Source of the DNA: Desulfomicrobium sp.
Lineage (GTDB): Bacteria; Desulfobacterota; Desulfovibrionia; Desulfovibrionales; Desulfomicrobiaceae
Direction: 5' to 3'
Assembly: GCA_040768745.1 (NCBI GenBank)
Contig: JAXGMI010000001.1
Coordinates: forward strand, 480,001 to 544,000
DNA: 64,000 bases
Shown: positions 30,101 through 39,299 of the stretch, piece after piece
Layout: each line of letters starts with the position of its first letter
Position numbering within the stretch: the stretch's first letter is position 1
Position numbers and translations under genes: made by a program
The notes under the pieces: generated by a model
Databases searched by the model: none
Told to the model about the DNA's origin: nothing
Seen by the model: only the letters and a program-made list of their open reading frames with translations

Positions 30101-31702
30101 TTACTTTTTGCGAGGCTTGGGCTTGGGAAGGCTTGGGAGAAGGGATTTGTCCACGTGCTGCGGCATGAGCGCCCGCATGTCTTCCGTGGTCCGTGCTGCG
30201 GGGAAGCGTTCGAAGAGGAATTTCAGGTAGGCTTGGGGCTCGATCTCGTTGGCCTTGGCGGTTTCCACCAGGGAAAAGAGCATGGCGCTGGCGTCAGCGC
30301 CCTTGGGGACTCCGGCAAAGAGCCAGTTCTTCCGGCCCAGGGCCACGGGGCGGATGGCGTTCTCGGCCGTGTTGTTGTCGGGCGTGAGCAATCCGCAGTC
30401 CACGTAGCGCACGGCCCGGCTCCACTGGTTGCGGGCGTAGGTCATGGCCTGTCCGAGCAGGCTTTTGGGCGGGACGTGGTCGATGCGCTCGTCGAGGATG
30501 GCCCGTATTGCGTTGAGGATGGGAACTGCTTGCTCCAAGCGCATTGGTACCTTTTCCTCCGGCTCCAGTTCTTTGATATTGTGCTCGACCTTGTAGAGCA
30601 GACCGATGAGATCCAGGATTTCCTTGGCCGTCCCGTGCGTGATCTTCTTTGAGGTCGCTTTCTGGACGTCCATGAACTTACGACGGATGTGGGCCATGCA
30701 ACCGACATGGATGATGCCGTCCGATTCGCCGAGAGCCTGGTACCCGGAGTAGCCGTCGGTCTGGATGTAGCCCTTGTACTCGCCCAGATACTCCTTGGGG
30801 ACAGAGCCCGACCTGGTCGGGTCGTAGCAATAGACCACGGTCGGCCGATCTGGATTGCCGCCACGGAAGAGCCACAGATACGATGTGGAAGTATCGGATC
30901 GCCCTGGTTCGTTGAGTACTTGCAGTGTGGTTTCGTCCATGTTGATGACCGGGCCGGAGCGGATTTCCGCCTGGAACAGTTCATGGAGCGGCTCCAGCGC
31001 CTTGGCCACGGCCATGGCCCATCCGGACATGGAATGACGCGGGATGTCCACGCCCAAGCGGGCAAACTGCTTGGTCTGGCGGTAGAACGGCATGGCATCG
31101 ACGAACTTGGCGGTAATGACCTGGGCCAAGAGGCTCGGCGTGGCGATGCCCTTGGGGATGATCTGCGGCGGCATGGGTGCGATACGCACCACCGGCATAC
31201 CCTCCTCTCCGTCGCAGGCCGGACAGGCGTACTTCGGGCGGATATGGCGTTCTACCCGCATGACGGCCGGGACGTAATCGAGCTTTTCGGAGACTTCTTC
31301 GCCGATGCGCTTCAGGCAGGCTCCGCAAGAGCAGAGTTTCTGGTCTTCGGGCAGATCGTGAACGACTTCGATGCGCGGCAGGTGATCCGGCAGAGGCTTG
31401 CGTCCCCGCTTGGCTCTGGTGTGGGCCGGGACTTCGACGACGGGCATTTCCGCAGGCTTCGCCTCTGCGATCCTAACCAAGGGCAGAGGTAGGATGCCTT
31501 GGTAGAGGTCTTTGGATTTCTCGGACTTGGGAGCATACAGGGCGGCCTGCAACAGGGCCACGCGATCCTGGAGATGGCGGTTTTGCTGGTAGTAATCCCA
31601 GACCAGATGCTTGAGTTGCCCGATGTCATCGGGAAGGTTCTCGATGTCTCCCATGCAAGAATATTTAGCAATAATATCTTGAAATAGCAAGATATTTGTC
31701 AC
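30101..31702 (-). CDS. tnpC: IS66 DDE transposase TnpC
   Basis: RKPLPDHLPR, Zn finger CSCG..CPAC, MDETTLQVL, QTDGYSGY, CMAHIRRKF, DNNTAENAIRPVALGRKNWLF; start may be 31654. Confidence 0.95.
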   Translation of the reverse strand: MTNILLFQDIIAKYSCMGDIENLPDDIGQLKHLVWDYYQQNRHLQDRVALLQAALYAPKSEKSKDLYQGILPLPLVRIAEAKPAEMPVVEVPAHTRAKRGRKPLPDHLPRIEVVHDLPEDQKLCSCGACLKRIGEEVSEKLDYVPAVMRVERHIRPKYACPACDGEEGMPVVRIAPMPPQIIPKGIATPSLLAQVITAKFVDAMPFYRQTKQFARLGVDIPRHSMSGWAMAVAKALEPLHELFQAEIRSGPVINMDETTLQVLNEPGRSDTSTSYLWLFRGGNPDRPTVVYCYDPTRSGSVPKEYLGEYKGYIQTDGYSGYQALGESDGIIHVGCMAHIRRKFMDVQKATSKKITHGTAKEILDLIGLLYKVEHNIKELEPEEKVPMRLEQAVPILNAIRAILDERIDHVPPKSLLGQAMTYARNQWSRAVRYVDCGLLTPDNNTAENAIRPVALGRKNWLFAGVPKGADASAMLFSLVETAKANEIEPQAYLKFLFERFPAARTTEDMRALMPQHVDKSLLPSLPKPKPRKK

Positions 31703-32052
31703 TATAGAACCGATCTGTAGTACAACCGCTGATGTGCTCCTTGCGGCGTGAGCGTGAGTCCATCGAGGAGCCAGCCAAGCTGTTGCGGGGTGATATTCAT
31801 GACCTCTGACGCCCGCTCGGGCCAGCAGAATCGATGCTTCTCCAGGCGCTTGTGCCAGAGGCAGAAGCCGTTGCGATCCCAGTACAGCACCTTGATGGCG
31901 TCGCGCCTGCGGTTGCAGAAGACAAAGAGGTGTCCGGAAAAGGGGTCCAGATCGAGAATGCCCTGGGCCGTCATGCTCAGTCTGTCGATGCCGGCGCGCA
32001 TGTCCGTGGTACCGGGGGCGAGATAGACCTTGGCCGCGGGCACCCTCAGCAT
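31702..32052 (-). CDS. tnpB: IS66 accessory protein TnpB (Orf2)
   Basis: TDMRAGIDRL, LFVFCNRRRDAIKVLYWDRNGFCLWHKRLE. Confidence 0.95.
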   Translation of the reverse strand: MLRVPAAKVYLAPGTTDMRAGIDRLSMTAQGILDLDPFSGHLFVFCNRRRDAIKVLYWDRNGFCLWHKRLEKHRFCWPERASEVMNITPQQLGWLLDGLTLTPQGAHQRLYYRSVL

Positions 32053-32372
32053 CGGGCTTCCAGCACGGTCAGCAGCTTGGTCAGCGTGGCTTCGTCGAAG
32101 TCAGCCGGGATATCGAGAGCGTAACGCTTACCGACCAGCAGGCCAATGGACGGGGCTTTCGAGGCGAACGTAAGCGGCAACGCCACAAGAGCAGGAATTG
32201 AGGTGGATTCGCCACCAGAAGATGATCGGGACTTTGTTATCCAGTATTGGAACGTGCTCAAAGCCAAACCATTTTCGCGACAGTATCGGGTCTTGCCGAG
32301 GCCACTCTCCCGCCATTGCCGGACATGCGCCATCCAGCGTGCCGCGTGATTCTGTGCAAATTGAGATTTCAT
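32046..32372 (-). CDS. tnpA: IS66 accessory protein TnpA (Orf1, HTH)
   Basis: WRESGLGKTRYCRENGLALSTFQYW; start MKSQ after GGAGG. Confidence 0.88.
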   Translation of the reverse strand: MKSQFAQNHAARWMAHVRQWRESGLGKTRYCRENGLALSTFQYWITKSRSSSGGESTSIPALVALPLTFASKAPSIGLLVGKRYALDIPADFDEATLTKLLTVLEARC

Positions 32373-32883
32373 GAAGACCTCCTTGAATTGGAGGCCCATT
32401 ATCTCACATGAAAAATTTATGGATAGATGCGGACAGGTGAGCGCTTACGTAATAACGTCAATTACTGATTCTTTATGAATTAAAATAGGTAGTATTGGAT
32501 TAACTTCATATTTATTTTCCCAATTGAAACGTTCATTCACATTAAATCCCCATGTCCCATCTATGTGATGAAAACTCGGAGATTCTTCCATCCATGTCAG
32601 TGTCTCTGCAACACCAGGATTTTCCGCTTTCCACTGCTCCGGAGTCTTGTACACCCAGAAACCAGCCTTGGTGGCGCAATAGTATTTGTGCAACAGAATG
32701 GTCGGTACATGATCCCAGAATACCAGGAGATACATGCACAACGCCGCGGCGACGCCCCAGCGCTTAGGGTTCCGGCCGGTCATCCTGGCCCAGCGCACCG
32801 TCCCCCAGACCACGCAGACGGAAACCGCCAGGTATGCGGAAAATGCAGCCATCATGATGAGAAGGATCATCGCACCTCCCTGG

Positions 32884-35067
32884 TTAGGATTGACATCCCG
32901 AGCCCTGCTCTGCCCTTCCCGGCTCGAAACGGAACAACTCATCCGCCTGCAGTCCCGTGGGCACCTGATGGGTGATAAAAATCACGGTCGCCTGACCTTT
33001 GAGGCTGTTCACCGTGGCCGCGAAACGTTCCGCGGCAAGCTGGTCCAGACCTGAAGTGGCCTCGTCGAAAATCAGAATGCGGGGTCGCTTGAGCAGGGCC
33101 CGGGCAATGGCGATGCGCTGGCGTTGCCCGCCGGAGAGGCCCACGCCATGCTCGCCCAACTCTGTCTGATACCCCTGGGGCAGTGCTTCGATGACCTCAT
33201 GAATCCCGGCGTGCCTGCAGGCCATGACCACATCCGCGAACCCGGCATGAGGATTGGGGTGGAGAAGGTTGTCGTAGATGGTCCCGGAAAAAAGCACCGT
33301 GTCCTGGGGGACTACGCCAAAGAGCATGCGCAGCTCGTTGGCGCTCATGTGCCGAATATCCCGGCCGTCGATGCTGACCCGTCCGTCCGCTGGCGGCCAG
33401 AACCCCAGCAGCAGTTTGGCCAGGGTGCTTTTCCCGCATCCCGAGGGTCCCATGAGCACGTTCAGCTTTCCGGACTCAAAGGCCAGACTCAGGTTGCGGA
33501 ACACATACGGCTGCCCCGGCCCATACCGAAAACTCACGTCCCTGAATTCCACCCGCCCAGGCTGGGTGTTCCGCAGCCGGGACGGAACCAGTCCATGAGG
33601 CTCCGCAGGCATGTCCATGATATCGCCCAGACGTTTCACCGCGATGTTCGCCTGCTGGAACTCCTGCCACAAACCGACCAACCGGAGCATGGGCTGGCTC
33701 ATGCGGGCGGCGAACATCTGGAAGGCCACCAACTGTCCGATGGTGAAGCCGTTGTGACCCATGACCAGCAGCGCGCCCACTCCGAGAATGGACAAGGTCA
33801 TCGTCTGCTCCAACAGATTGGCAGCCACGTTGTAGGAGTTGGCCAGCTGCCGGGTGGCGAATCCCGCCCCCAGGTAGGCGGCCAGGTATTCGCCGTAGCG
33901 TTCCTCCAGTCCGGATTCCATCTGCAGGGCTTTGACCGTGTCCATGCCGGCCAGGTACTCGGTCATGAAGGCCTGGTTGCGCGCCCCGAGCAGAAACTGC
34001 CTGTTCACGCGCCTGCGAAAGACCGGGGTGACCAGCGCGCTCAGGAGGGCAATGAGGAGCAGAATGCCCAGGGCGACGAGGGACAACTGCCAGCTGTACC
34101 AGAACATCACGGCCATGAAGACGAGCAGAAACGGGCAGTCCAGAAGAAGGGTGACCGCTGCGCCGCTGACAAACTGGCGGATGCTTTCGACCCCCTGGAT
34201 GCGGGCCACCAGCGTACCGGTGGGCCGGGCCTCGAAATAGGGCATGGGCAGGCGCACCAGGTGCGCGAAAACCTTGCAGCAGAGGGTGGCGTCGATACGG
34301 GTGCCCGTGTGCAGGATCAGGTATTGACGCAGCCAGGTCATGAGGGAGCCGAAGGCCATGAACACGGCCATACCCGTAGCGACCACGAACAGGGTGTTTC
34401 TGGCCTGGTGGGCCACGACCTTGTCGATGACCACCTGGGTGAAAAGCGGTGTACCCAGGCCGATGAGCTGGATGAACAGGGAAGCGGTGAGCACGTCACG
34501 CCAGATGCATTTGAAGTTGAGGAGTTCGGGAATGAACCAGCGAAAACCAAATTTCGTGTCCCCCAGTGCGTTCACCCTGGCCTCGGGATCCAGGCCTGCA
34601 TCGACAGGGAGTTTCCGACCCAGCAGCAGGACATGGCTGTCCAGGGATGTACCAGCCTCGGACAGGGGCAGGGTTTCAGGATGGTGGGAGCCGGGGCGGA
34701 ACAGGAGAAGATTTTCCTGATCCGCCCGGACGATAAGGACGGGGATGCCCCGCTCCACCTCAGCATTTGGTTTGGACCCCGGATCATGGCCTGGACGCTG
34801 CTGATCAGAGCCGCGCAGAAATCCGATGACGGGCATGGGCGCCGTCGCCAGCTTGCCGGGAGACATGGACCGCATGCCCGCAGTGAACCCGAACGCCTGC
34901 AGCATCCGCTGCAGATGTTCCTCGCCGCAGCAAGGCGGGCAGTGGAGCGCGGCCAAACCCTGGTCAAAAGGAATCCGGAACATCTGGCACAGACTGCCCA
35001 GAATCCACAAGGCGTGCTCTCCGCGACAACGCACTGTCCGAGCACCTGGTTGCATCATGCTGCCCAT
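32884..35067 (-). CDS. HlyB-like T1SS ABC transporter with C39-like N-terminal domain
   Basis: FGFRWFIPEL, PLFTQVVIDKV, GPSGCGKST, LSGGQRQRIAIARAL, IFDEATS. Confidence 0.93.
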   Translation of the reverse strand: MGSMMQPGARTVRCRGEHALWILGSLCQMFRIPFDQGLAALHCPPCCGEEHLQRMLQAFGFTAGMRSMSPGKLATAPMPVIGFLRGSDQQRPGHDPGSKPNAEVERGIPVLIVRADQENLLLFRPGSHHPETLPLSEAGTSLDSHVLLLGRKLPVDAGLDPEARVNALGDTKFGFRWFIPELLNFKCIWRDVLTASLFIQLIGLGTPLFTQVVIDKVVAHQARNTLFVVATGMAVFMAFGSLMTWLRQYLILHTGTRIDATLCCKVFAHLVRLPMPYFEARPTGTLVARIQGVESIRQFVSGAAVTLLLDCPFLLVFMAVMFWYSWQLSLVALGILLLIALLSALVTPVFRRRVNRQFLLGARNQAFMTEYLAGMDTVKALQMESGLEERYGEYLAAYLGAGFATRQLANSYNVAANLLEQTMTLSILGVGALLVMGHNGFTIGQLVAFQMFAARMSQPMLRLVGLWQEFQQANIAVKRLGDIMDMPAEPHGLVPSRLRNTQPGRVEFRDVSFRYGPGQPYVFRNLSLAFESGKLNVLMGPSGCGKSTLAKLLLGFWPPADGRVSIDGRDIRHMSANELRMLFGVVPQDTVLFSGTIYDNLLHPNPHAGFADVVMACRHAGIHEVIEALPQGYQTELGEHGVGLSGGQRQRIAIARALLKRPRILIFDEATSGLDQLAAERFAATVNSLKGQATVIFITHQVPTGLQADELFRFEPGRAEQGSGCQS

Positions 35068-35387
35068 GACAACGCCCTTTGCTATTTGTGGTGAGCCTCA
35101 GGCCCCCTGCCCAAGCATCACACGCTGAAGACTGCTCATCCTGACCATATCATTCCAGATCTCACTGCAAAAAGTAGTCACCCCTTGGAGAAGGGAATCC
35201 ATGCCTTTTTAACTATCTGAAAAGAATGGATCACGCCTACCCTGACGTGCACACGTTCGCGGGCTTGTGCCCATCAGGGTGAATGACACTTTGACTCATT
35301 TGCGACTTTTTGCAGTAACGTCATTCCATGCAGAACTATATGCGGAATGCATACTGCTTCTGATTTTTTTTTGTCAATGCGGAAATA

Positions 35388-35513
35388 ATGTAAGACAAAT
35401 TGTTGTAAGACACGCAATACATCGTACAATGAACTGCGGAGAGGACATCGATTATACGTTGTTCATGGATTGACACGACTGTTGGCAACACCTATTCGTT
35501 GCATGTCTTACAT
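35388..35513. promoter_or_regulatory. Repeated TGTAAGACA motif in divergent promoter region (candidate operator)
   Basis: Copies at 35389 and 35404, inverted copy at 35504-35512. Confidence 0.4.
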
Positions 35514-35607
35514 GTTCAGGGGCATATAGTATGAAAATATTCTTCCTTATCCACTGCACATTCCCAGTGGATCGAGGTGAAATTTTCGGTGAAAACTCTT
35601 TCAACGC

Positions 35608-36636
35608 ATGGGCGGCGAAACCGCCTGCATCATGACCCTTCAGCACGGCCGTCACATTCTGGCCTCGGGCCAGCTCGACTGCTTTGACGCCAGAGGACGT
35701 CCCGTGGACTGCGCGGGAAGCGGCCAGGACGGGGAATTCCGGCCCGGCGTGGCATGGCCTGAACCGCGTTTCGCCCTTTTGGGTCATGACCTGATCCAGG
35801 ATCTGCTCACGGGCCTCTTCTGGACCCGTGTGGCTGGGCTGGGAGATTTCCCCATGTCCTGGGCCGAGGCCCTGTCCGCCGTGGCCGGCATGAACCGGGA
35901 CAAAGCTCTGGGCCATGCCGACTGGCGACTGCCCAACCGCCGGGAGCTGGCCAGCCTTGTCAGCCCGGCCCACCAACGCCCGGCCCTGCCCAGCGGGCAC
36001 CCCTTCATCGTGAGCCAGACCTGGTACTGGACCTCCACCACGGCTAGCCTGGCTCCCCGCTACGCATGGCATGTGCACCTGGAGGGAGGGCGCATGTTCT
36101 ACGGGGACAAGGGCCGGGATGCCATGGTCTGGCCGGTGCGGGGCGTGGGCGCAGTCCTGCCGCGCACAGGGCAGCGCCGCTGCTGGGATGCCGGCGGCGT
36201 TGCCGTGGCGTGCCTGGGGACCGGACAAGACGGGGAGCTGCGTCAGGGCGTTCCCTGGCCCGAGCCGCGCTTCACGCGGGAAAAAGGCGGGGTGCACGAT
36301 GCGCTGACCGGCCTGTTGTGGACGCTCTCGGCGGACCAGGCAGGGCCGTGCTCCTGGGAACAGGCCCTCCACGCTGCACAAGGCTGCCGCGAAGGCGGAC
36401 GGAACTGGCGTCTGCCGACCATCCGGGAGCTGGAATCCCTGGTGGACGCGGATGAGCACAGCCCCGCCCTGCCCAGGGATCATCCCTTCAGGGACCCGCG
36501 CGAGGCATACTGGTCCTCCACGTCCAGCGCCTTTGCCCCGGACTGGGCCTATTGTCTGTACCTGCACAAGGGGGCCGTGGGCGTTGGGTTCAAAGCCAAA
36601 CGTGAATTCCACGCATGGTTCGTCGCTTTGGAGTGA
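35608..36636 (+). CDS. Tandem DUF1566 (Lcl-type) domain protein
   Basis: Two modules GQDGE.R.GV.WPEPRF..D.LTGL.W..SW..AL..WRLP..REL.SLV..PALP..HPF..YW.ST. Confidence 0.8.
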   Translation: MGGETACIMTLQHGRHILASGQLDCFDARGRPVDCAGSGQDGEFRPGVAWPEPRFALLGHDLIQDLLTGLFWTRVAGLGDFPMSWAEALSAVAGMNRDKALGHADWRLPNRRELASLVSPAHQRPALPSGHPFIVSQTWYWTSTTASLAPRYAWHVHLEGGRMFYGDKGRDAMVWPVRGVGAVLPRTGQRRCWDAGGVAVACLGTGQDGELRQGVPWPEPRFTREKGGVHDALTGLLWTLSADQAGPCSWEQALHAAQGCREGGRNWRLPTIRELESLVDADEHSPALPRDHPFRDPREAYWSSTSSAFAPDWAYCLYLHKGAVGVGFKAKREFHAWFVALE

Positions 36637-36801
36637 AAAACTCCTGCTCACTGTTGCCATTCCGCCCTGGCGCTTGTATCCTGCATAAAAGATTTTTCCG
36701 ATCCTGGCGCGTTCCAGCCCCAGCACGCAGCACGCGTGCAGAACGGCGTCCCGCCAGGGGCACACCCGAAACATCTTCGTCAAAACAAGGAGACAGACAC
36801 A

Positions 36802-37299
36802 ATGGCGACAAAAGCCTCATTCACAGCCGATGAATGGACCCTGATCAGGATCGTACCCTCACTGGTGGCCAGCGGGGTCTGCGCCTCTGATCCGAGCGGC
36901 ATTTTCGGCGCCATCAAGGAATCCGCCGCCGGGGCCATGGAGATGGTGGAAGCCCTGAAGGAAAACGCGAACATGGAACTGCTGAACGCCATGAAGGAGG
37001 ACAGGAGCTTCCCGAGCATGCCCGATGCCAAGTCTTTGACCGGCGAGGGCACCCGCGAACAGCAGATGGCGAACCTCAAAAACTCCGTCCTGGCCAAAAT
37101 CACGGAAGCCGTGAACCTGGTCAGCCAGAAGGCCAGCCCCGAAGAAACGAACGCCTACAAGAAGATGCTTCTGGATATCGCCGAAAGGGCCGCGAATGCG
37201 TCCAAGGAAGGCGGATTCCTGGGCTTCGGCGGGGTGCGGGTCAGCACGGCGGAACAGACGTACATCAATGAGGTCAAGTCCGCGTTGCAGCTGGCCTGA
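36802..37299 (+). CDS. Hypothetical protein
   Basis: AAGGAG RBS, good codon bias, C-terminal ASKEGGFLGFGGVRVS, followed by terminator. Confidence 0.8.
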   Translation: MATKASFTADEWTLIRIVPSLVASGVCASDPSGIFGAIKESAAGAMEMVEALKENANMELLNAMKEDRSFPSMPDAKSLTGEGTREQQMANLKNSVLAKITEAVNLVSQKASPEETNAYKKMLLDIAERAANASKEGGFLGFGGVRVSTAEQTYINEVKSALQLA

Positions 37300-37343
37300 A
37301 CATGAGGGCGCTGGATGCGCGGAAACCCTGACGTTTCCTCACT

Positions 37344-37376
37344 GCCCCGGCCGATCTTTCCCGGCCGGGGCTTTTT
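37344..37376 (+). terminator. Rho-independent terminator
   Basis: GCCCCGGCCG/CGGCCGGGGC stem plus T5. Confidence 0.8.
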
Positions 37377-37601
37377 CGTCGCGACATCCCCGAGTTGGCC
37401 TCTGCCCAAGGGAAATCCGCGGCACGTCAATCGCGGGCCGGCCTGATAGTCCCCGGCCATTCTCCCCGATCTGCAGGCATGCAGGGGTGGCCAGCCCTTG
37501 CCAAGATCTTCCCTCTGGATTTACACAAAACCAGCTGGATGCGGACCATGCCCTCCAGTCCGGGGACAAGTCCCCACTCGTGAGCAACCCTGGAGAAATC
37601 C

Positions 37602-38321
37602 ATGCCCCGTCCCAAGTCGCCCGATACGCCTCTGCGGTCCACCATCCTCCTCATCGACGACAACCGTGAACTCTGCCTCGCCTTGCAGGAATACTGCGCT
37701 CTGGAAGGAATGGACATGCATCTGGCCCACAGCGGCGAGGAAGGTTTGCCCCTGGTCTTGAGCGGAAGATTCGATCTGGTGGTCCTGGACGTACGCATGC
37801 CGGGCATGTCCGGCATGGACATGCTGCGGAAGATCCGGACCAGGACCATGGTTCCCGTGCTCATGCTGACGGCCATGGGCGCCGACATGGATCGCATCCA
37901 GGGCCTGGAATTGGGGGCGGACGACTATGTCGCCAAACCCTGCTCCCCTCGGGAGCTTGTGGCCCGCATCAGGGCCATCCTGCGCCGCTCGGGCTTGTCA
38001 CAGGACGCCAGCCCCGGAATGCTGTCCTTCGGGGAACTGGCCCTGTGGCCTGACAAACACATGGCCACCTTCAACAGCCAACCCTTGCACCTGACCGGGG
38101 TGGAATTTTCTGTCCTCAGGATCCTGCTCCAGCATGCCGGAAGACCCGTCAGCAGGGAAACCTTGTACCAGGAAGCCTTGGGACGACCAGCCACCCCGTT
38201 TGACCGCGCCCTGGACGTGCACCTTTCAAACATCCGCCGCAAAATGGGCCAGTTCGACGAGGGCTGGTCCCCTATCAAGGCCCTGCGCGGGCAGGGCTAT
38301 CAGCTCGTGGTCAGATATTAA
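37602..38321 (+). CDS. OmpR/CpxR family response regulator (orphan)
   Basis: ILLIDDN, VVLDVRMP, LELGADDYVAKP, wHTH DRALDVHLSNIRRK..LRGQGY. Confidence 0.92.
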   Translation: MPRPKSPDTPLRSTILLIDDNRELCLALQEYCALEGMDMHLAHSGEEGLPLVLSGRFDLVVLDVRMPGMSGMDMLRKIRTRTMVPVLMLTAMGADMDRIQGLELGADDYVAKPCSPRELVARIRAILRRSGLSQDASPGMLSFGELALWPDKHMATFNSQPLHLTGVEFSVLRILLQHAGRPVSRETLYQEALGRPATPFDRALDVHLSNIRRKMGQFDEGWSPIKALRGQGYQLVVRY

Positions 38322-38729
38322 TCCGAGCCCTAACTTGTTAACATTTTGTCGCCGCCCCTCCGACCAGCAAGCGTTAGCGGGTAAGTGGCGTTAACTATTT
38401 CTTCGTCGGAGTAATAACAGTCTGTCCCGACGGCTCCATGATCCCTCGCGACGGGGGGTGGAACATCATCCCTGGGGAATTGAACAACAGCTCCCCACAG
38501 CTCACTCCCCGATGCCGCCAGACCTGCCGCCACCTGTCCCTCGCCACGCGGAAATCGGTGGGACGGCGCGGATGGGCCCTTTCCATGCTTTATGCAGCGG
38601 AATCCCTGCCCATGCTGTGCAATCAACCGTGCCGGCAATTTTATTAAGGAAAGTAAATTTCATTGCATTTCTTTCACCACTCTCGTTATGTAGAATTGTT
38701 CGCAAATCCTCTGTTCCGGAGTGCACAAG

Positions 38730-39044
38730 ATGTTTGAAAAACGACAATATCCTCGGCATGCAAGTCTTGAACGATGCAGCGTCGAACATTTTTTGCAGAA
38801 AGACGAATTCACTTTTGAATCCAGAATAATCAACTACAGCGCTGGTGGACTCATGCTTGAGTCTGACTATTCTCTCCCCGAATGGACCCCGGTCAGGATC
38901 AGGCTCAATCACGGCTCAGATGTTCAGGAACGCACGGGAAATGGAATCCTGGTAGGCGGTGTGAGATGGTGTGCGGAGCAGGACGGCTCCTATTCCGGTT
39001 CCTTCGGCATCGGCGTGGCATTCGCGAAGCAGACGACACATTGA
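38730..39044 (+). CDS. Single-domain PilZ protein
   Basis: KRQYPR (RxxxR), NYSAGG (D/NxSxxG), VRWC, GIGVAF. Confidence 0.8.
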   Translation: MFEKRQYPRHASLERCSVEHFLQKDEFTFESRIINYSAGGLMLESDYSLPEWTPVRIRLNHGSDVQERTGNGILVGGVRWCAEQDGSYSGSFGIGVAFAKQTTH

Positions 39045-39083
39045 TCCGCTGACCACGCATCCAAGAACAGATTTTCCAAGACA

Positions 39084-39109
39084 AAGGGGCGTCCTTCGGG
39101 GCGCCCCTT
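39084..39109. terminator. Hairpin terminator, possibly bidirectional
   Basis: AAGGGGCGTCC-TTCG-GGGCGCCCCTT. Confidence 0.65.
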
Positions 39110-39299
39110 CTGGTTGCCTCCCTGGCAGGCGGAGCATGGACAGAGCCTGTCAGCCTATGACGGCGGCACTACGGCGGAAAGCATCCTGCCAGACGTTCCC
39201 GTCCCAGAGCAGAATTAGAAATCCACCTCACAAAGAAAGATCTTTTCCGCAGGGGACTCCGGCCGGATTGTCAGTTGCAAAGGCGCCCACCGCTATCGG

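Larger units (their letters stand above)
30037..32448 (-). mobile_element. Complete IS66 family insertion sequence (2412 bp)
   Basis: 24-bp imperfect IRs GTAAGCGCTCA-N4-TCCGCATCT; 8-bp TSD GTAATAAC at 30029-30036 and 32449-32456; three ORFs. Confidence 0.97.
29854..32870 (-). pseudogene. 198-aa membrane-anchored protein gene split by IS66 (candidate immunity/accessory gene)
   Basis: 5' part 32870-32449 plus 3' part 30028-29854 rejoin in frame (597 bp); stop overlaps the RTX ATG; GGAGG RBS upstream. Confidence 0.88.

Noticed and set aside
38330..38720. Riboswitch upstream of the PilZ gene
   Set aside because: No recognisable c-di-GMP riboswitch consensus by eye; would need a covariance-model search
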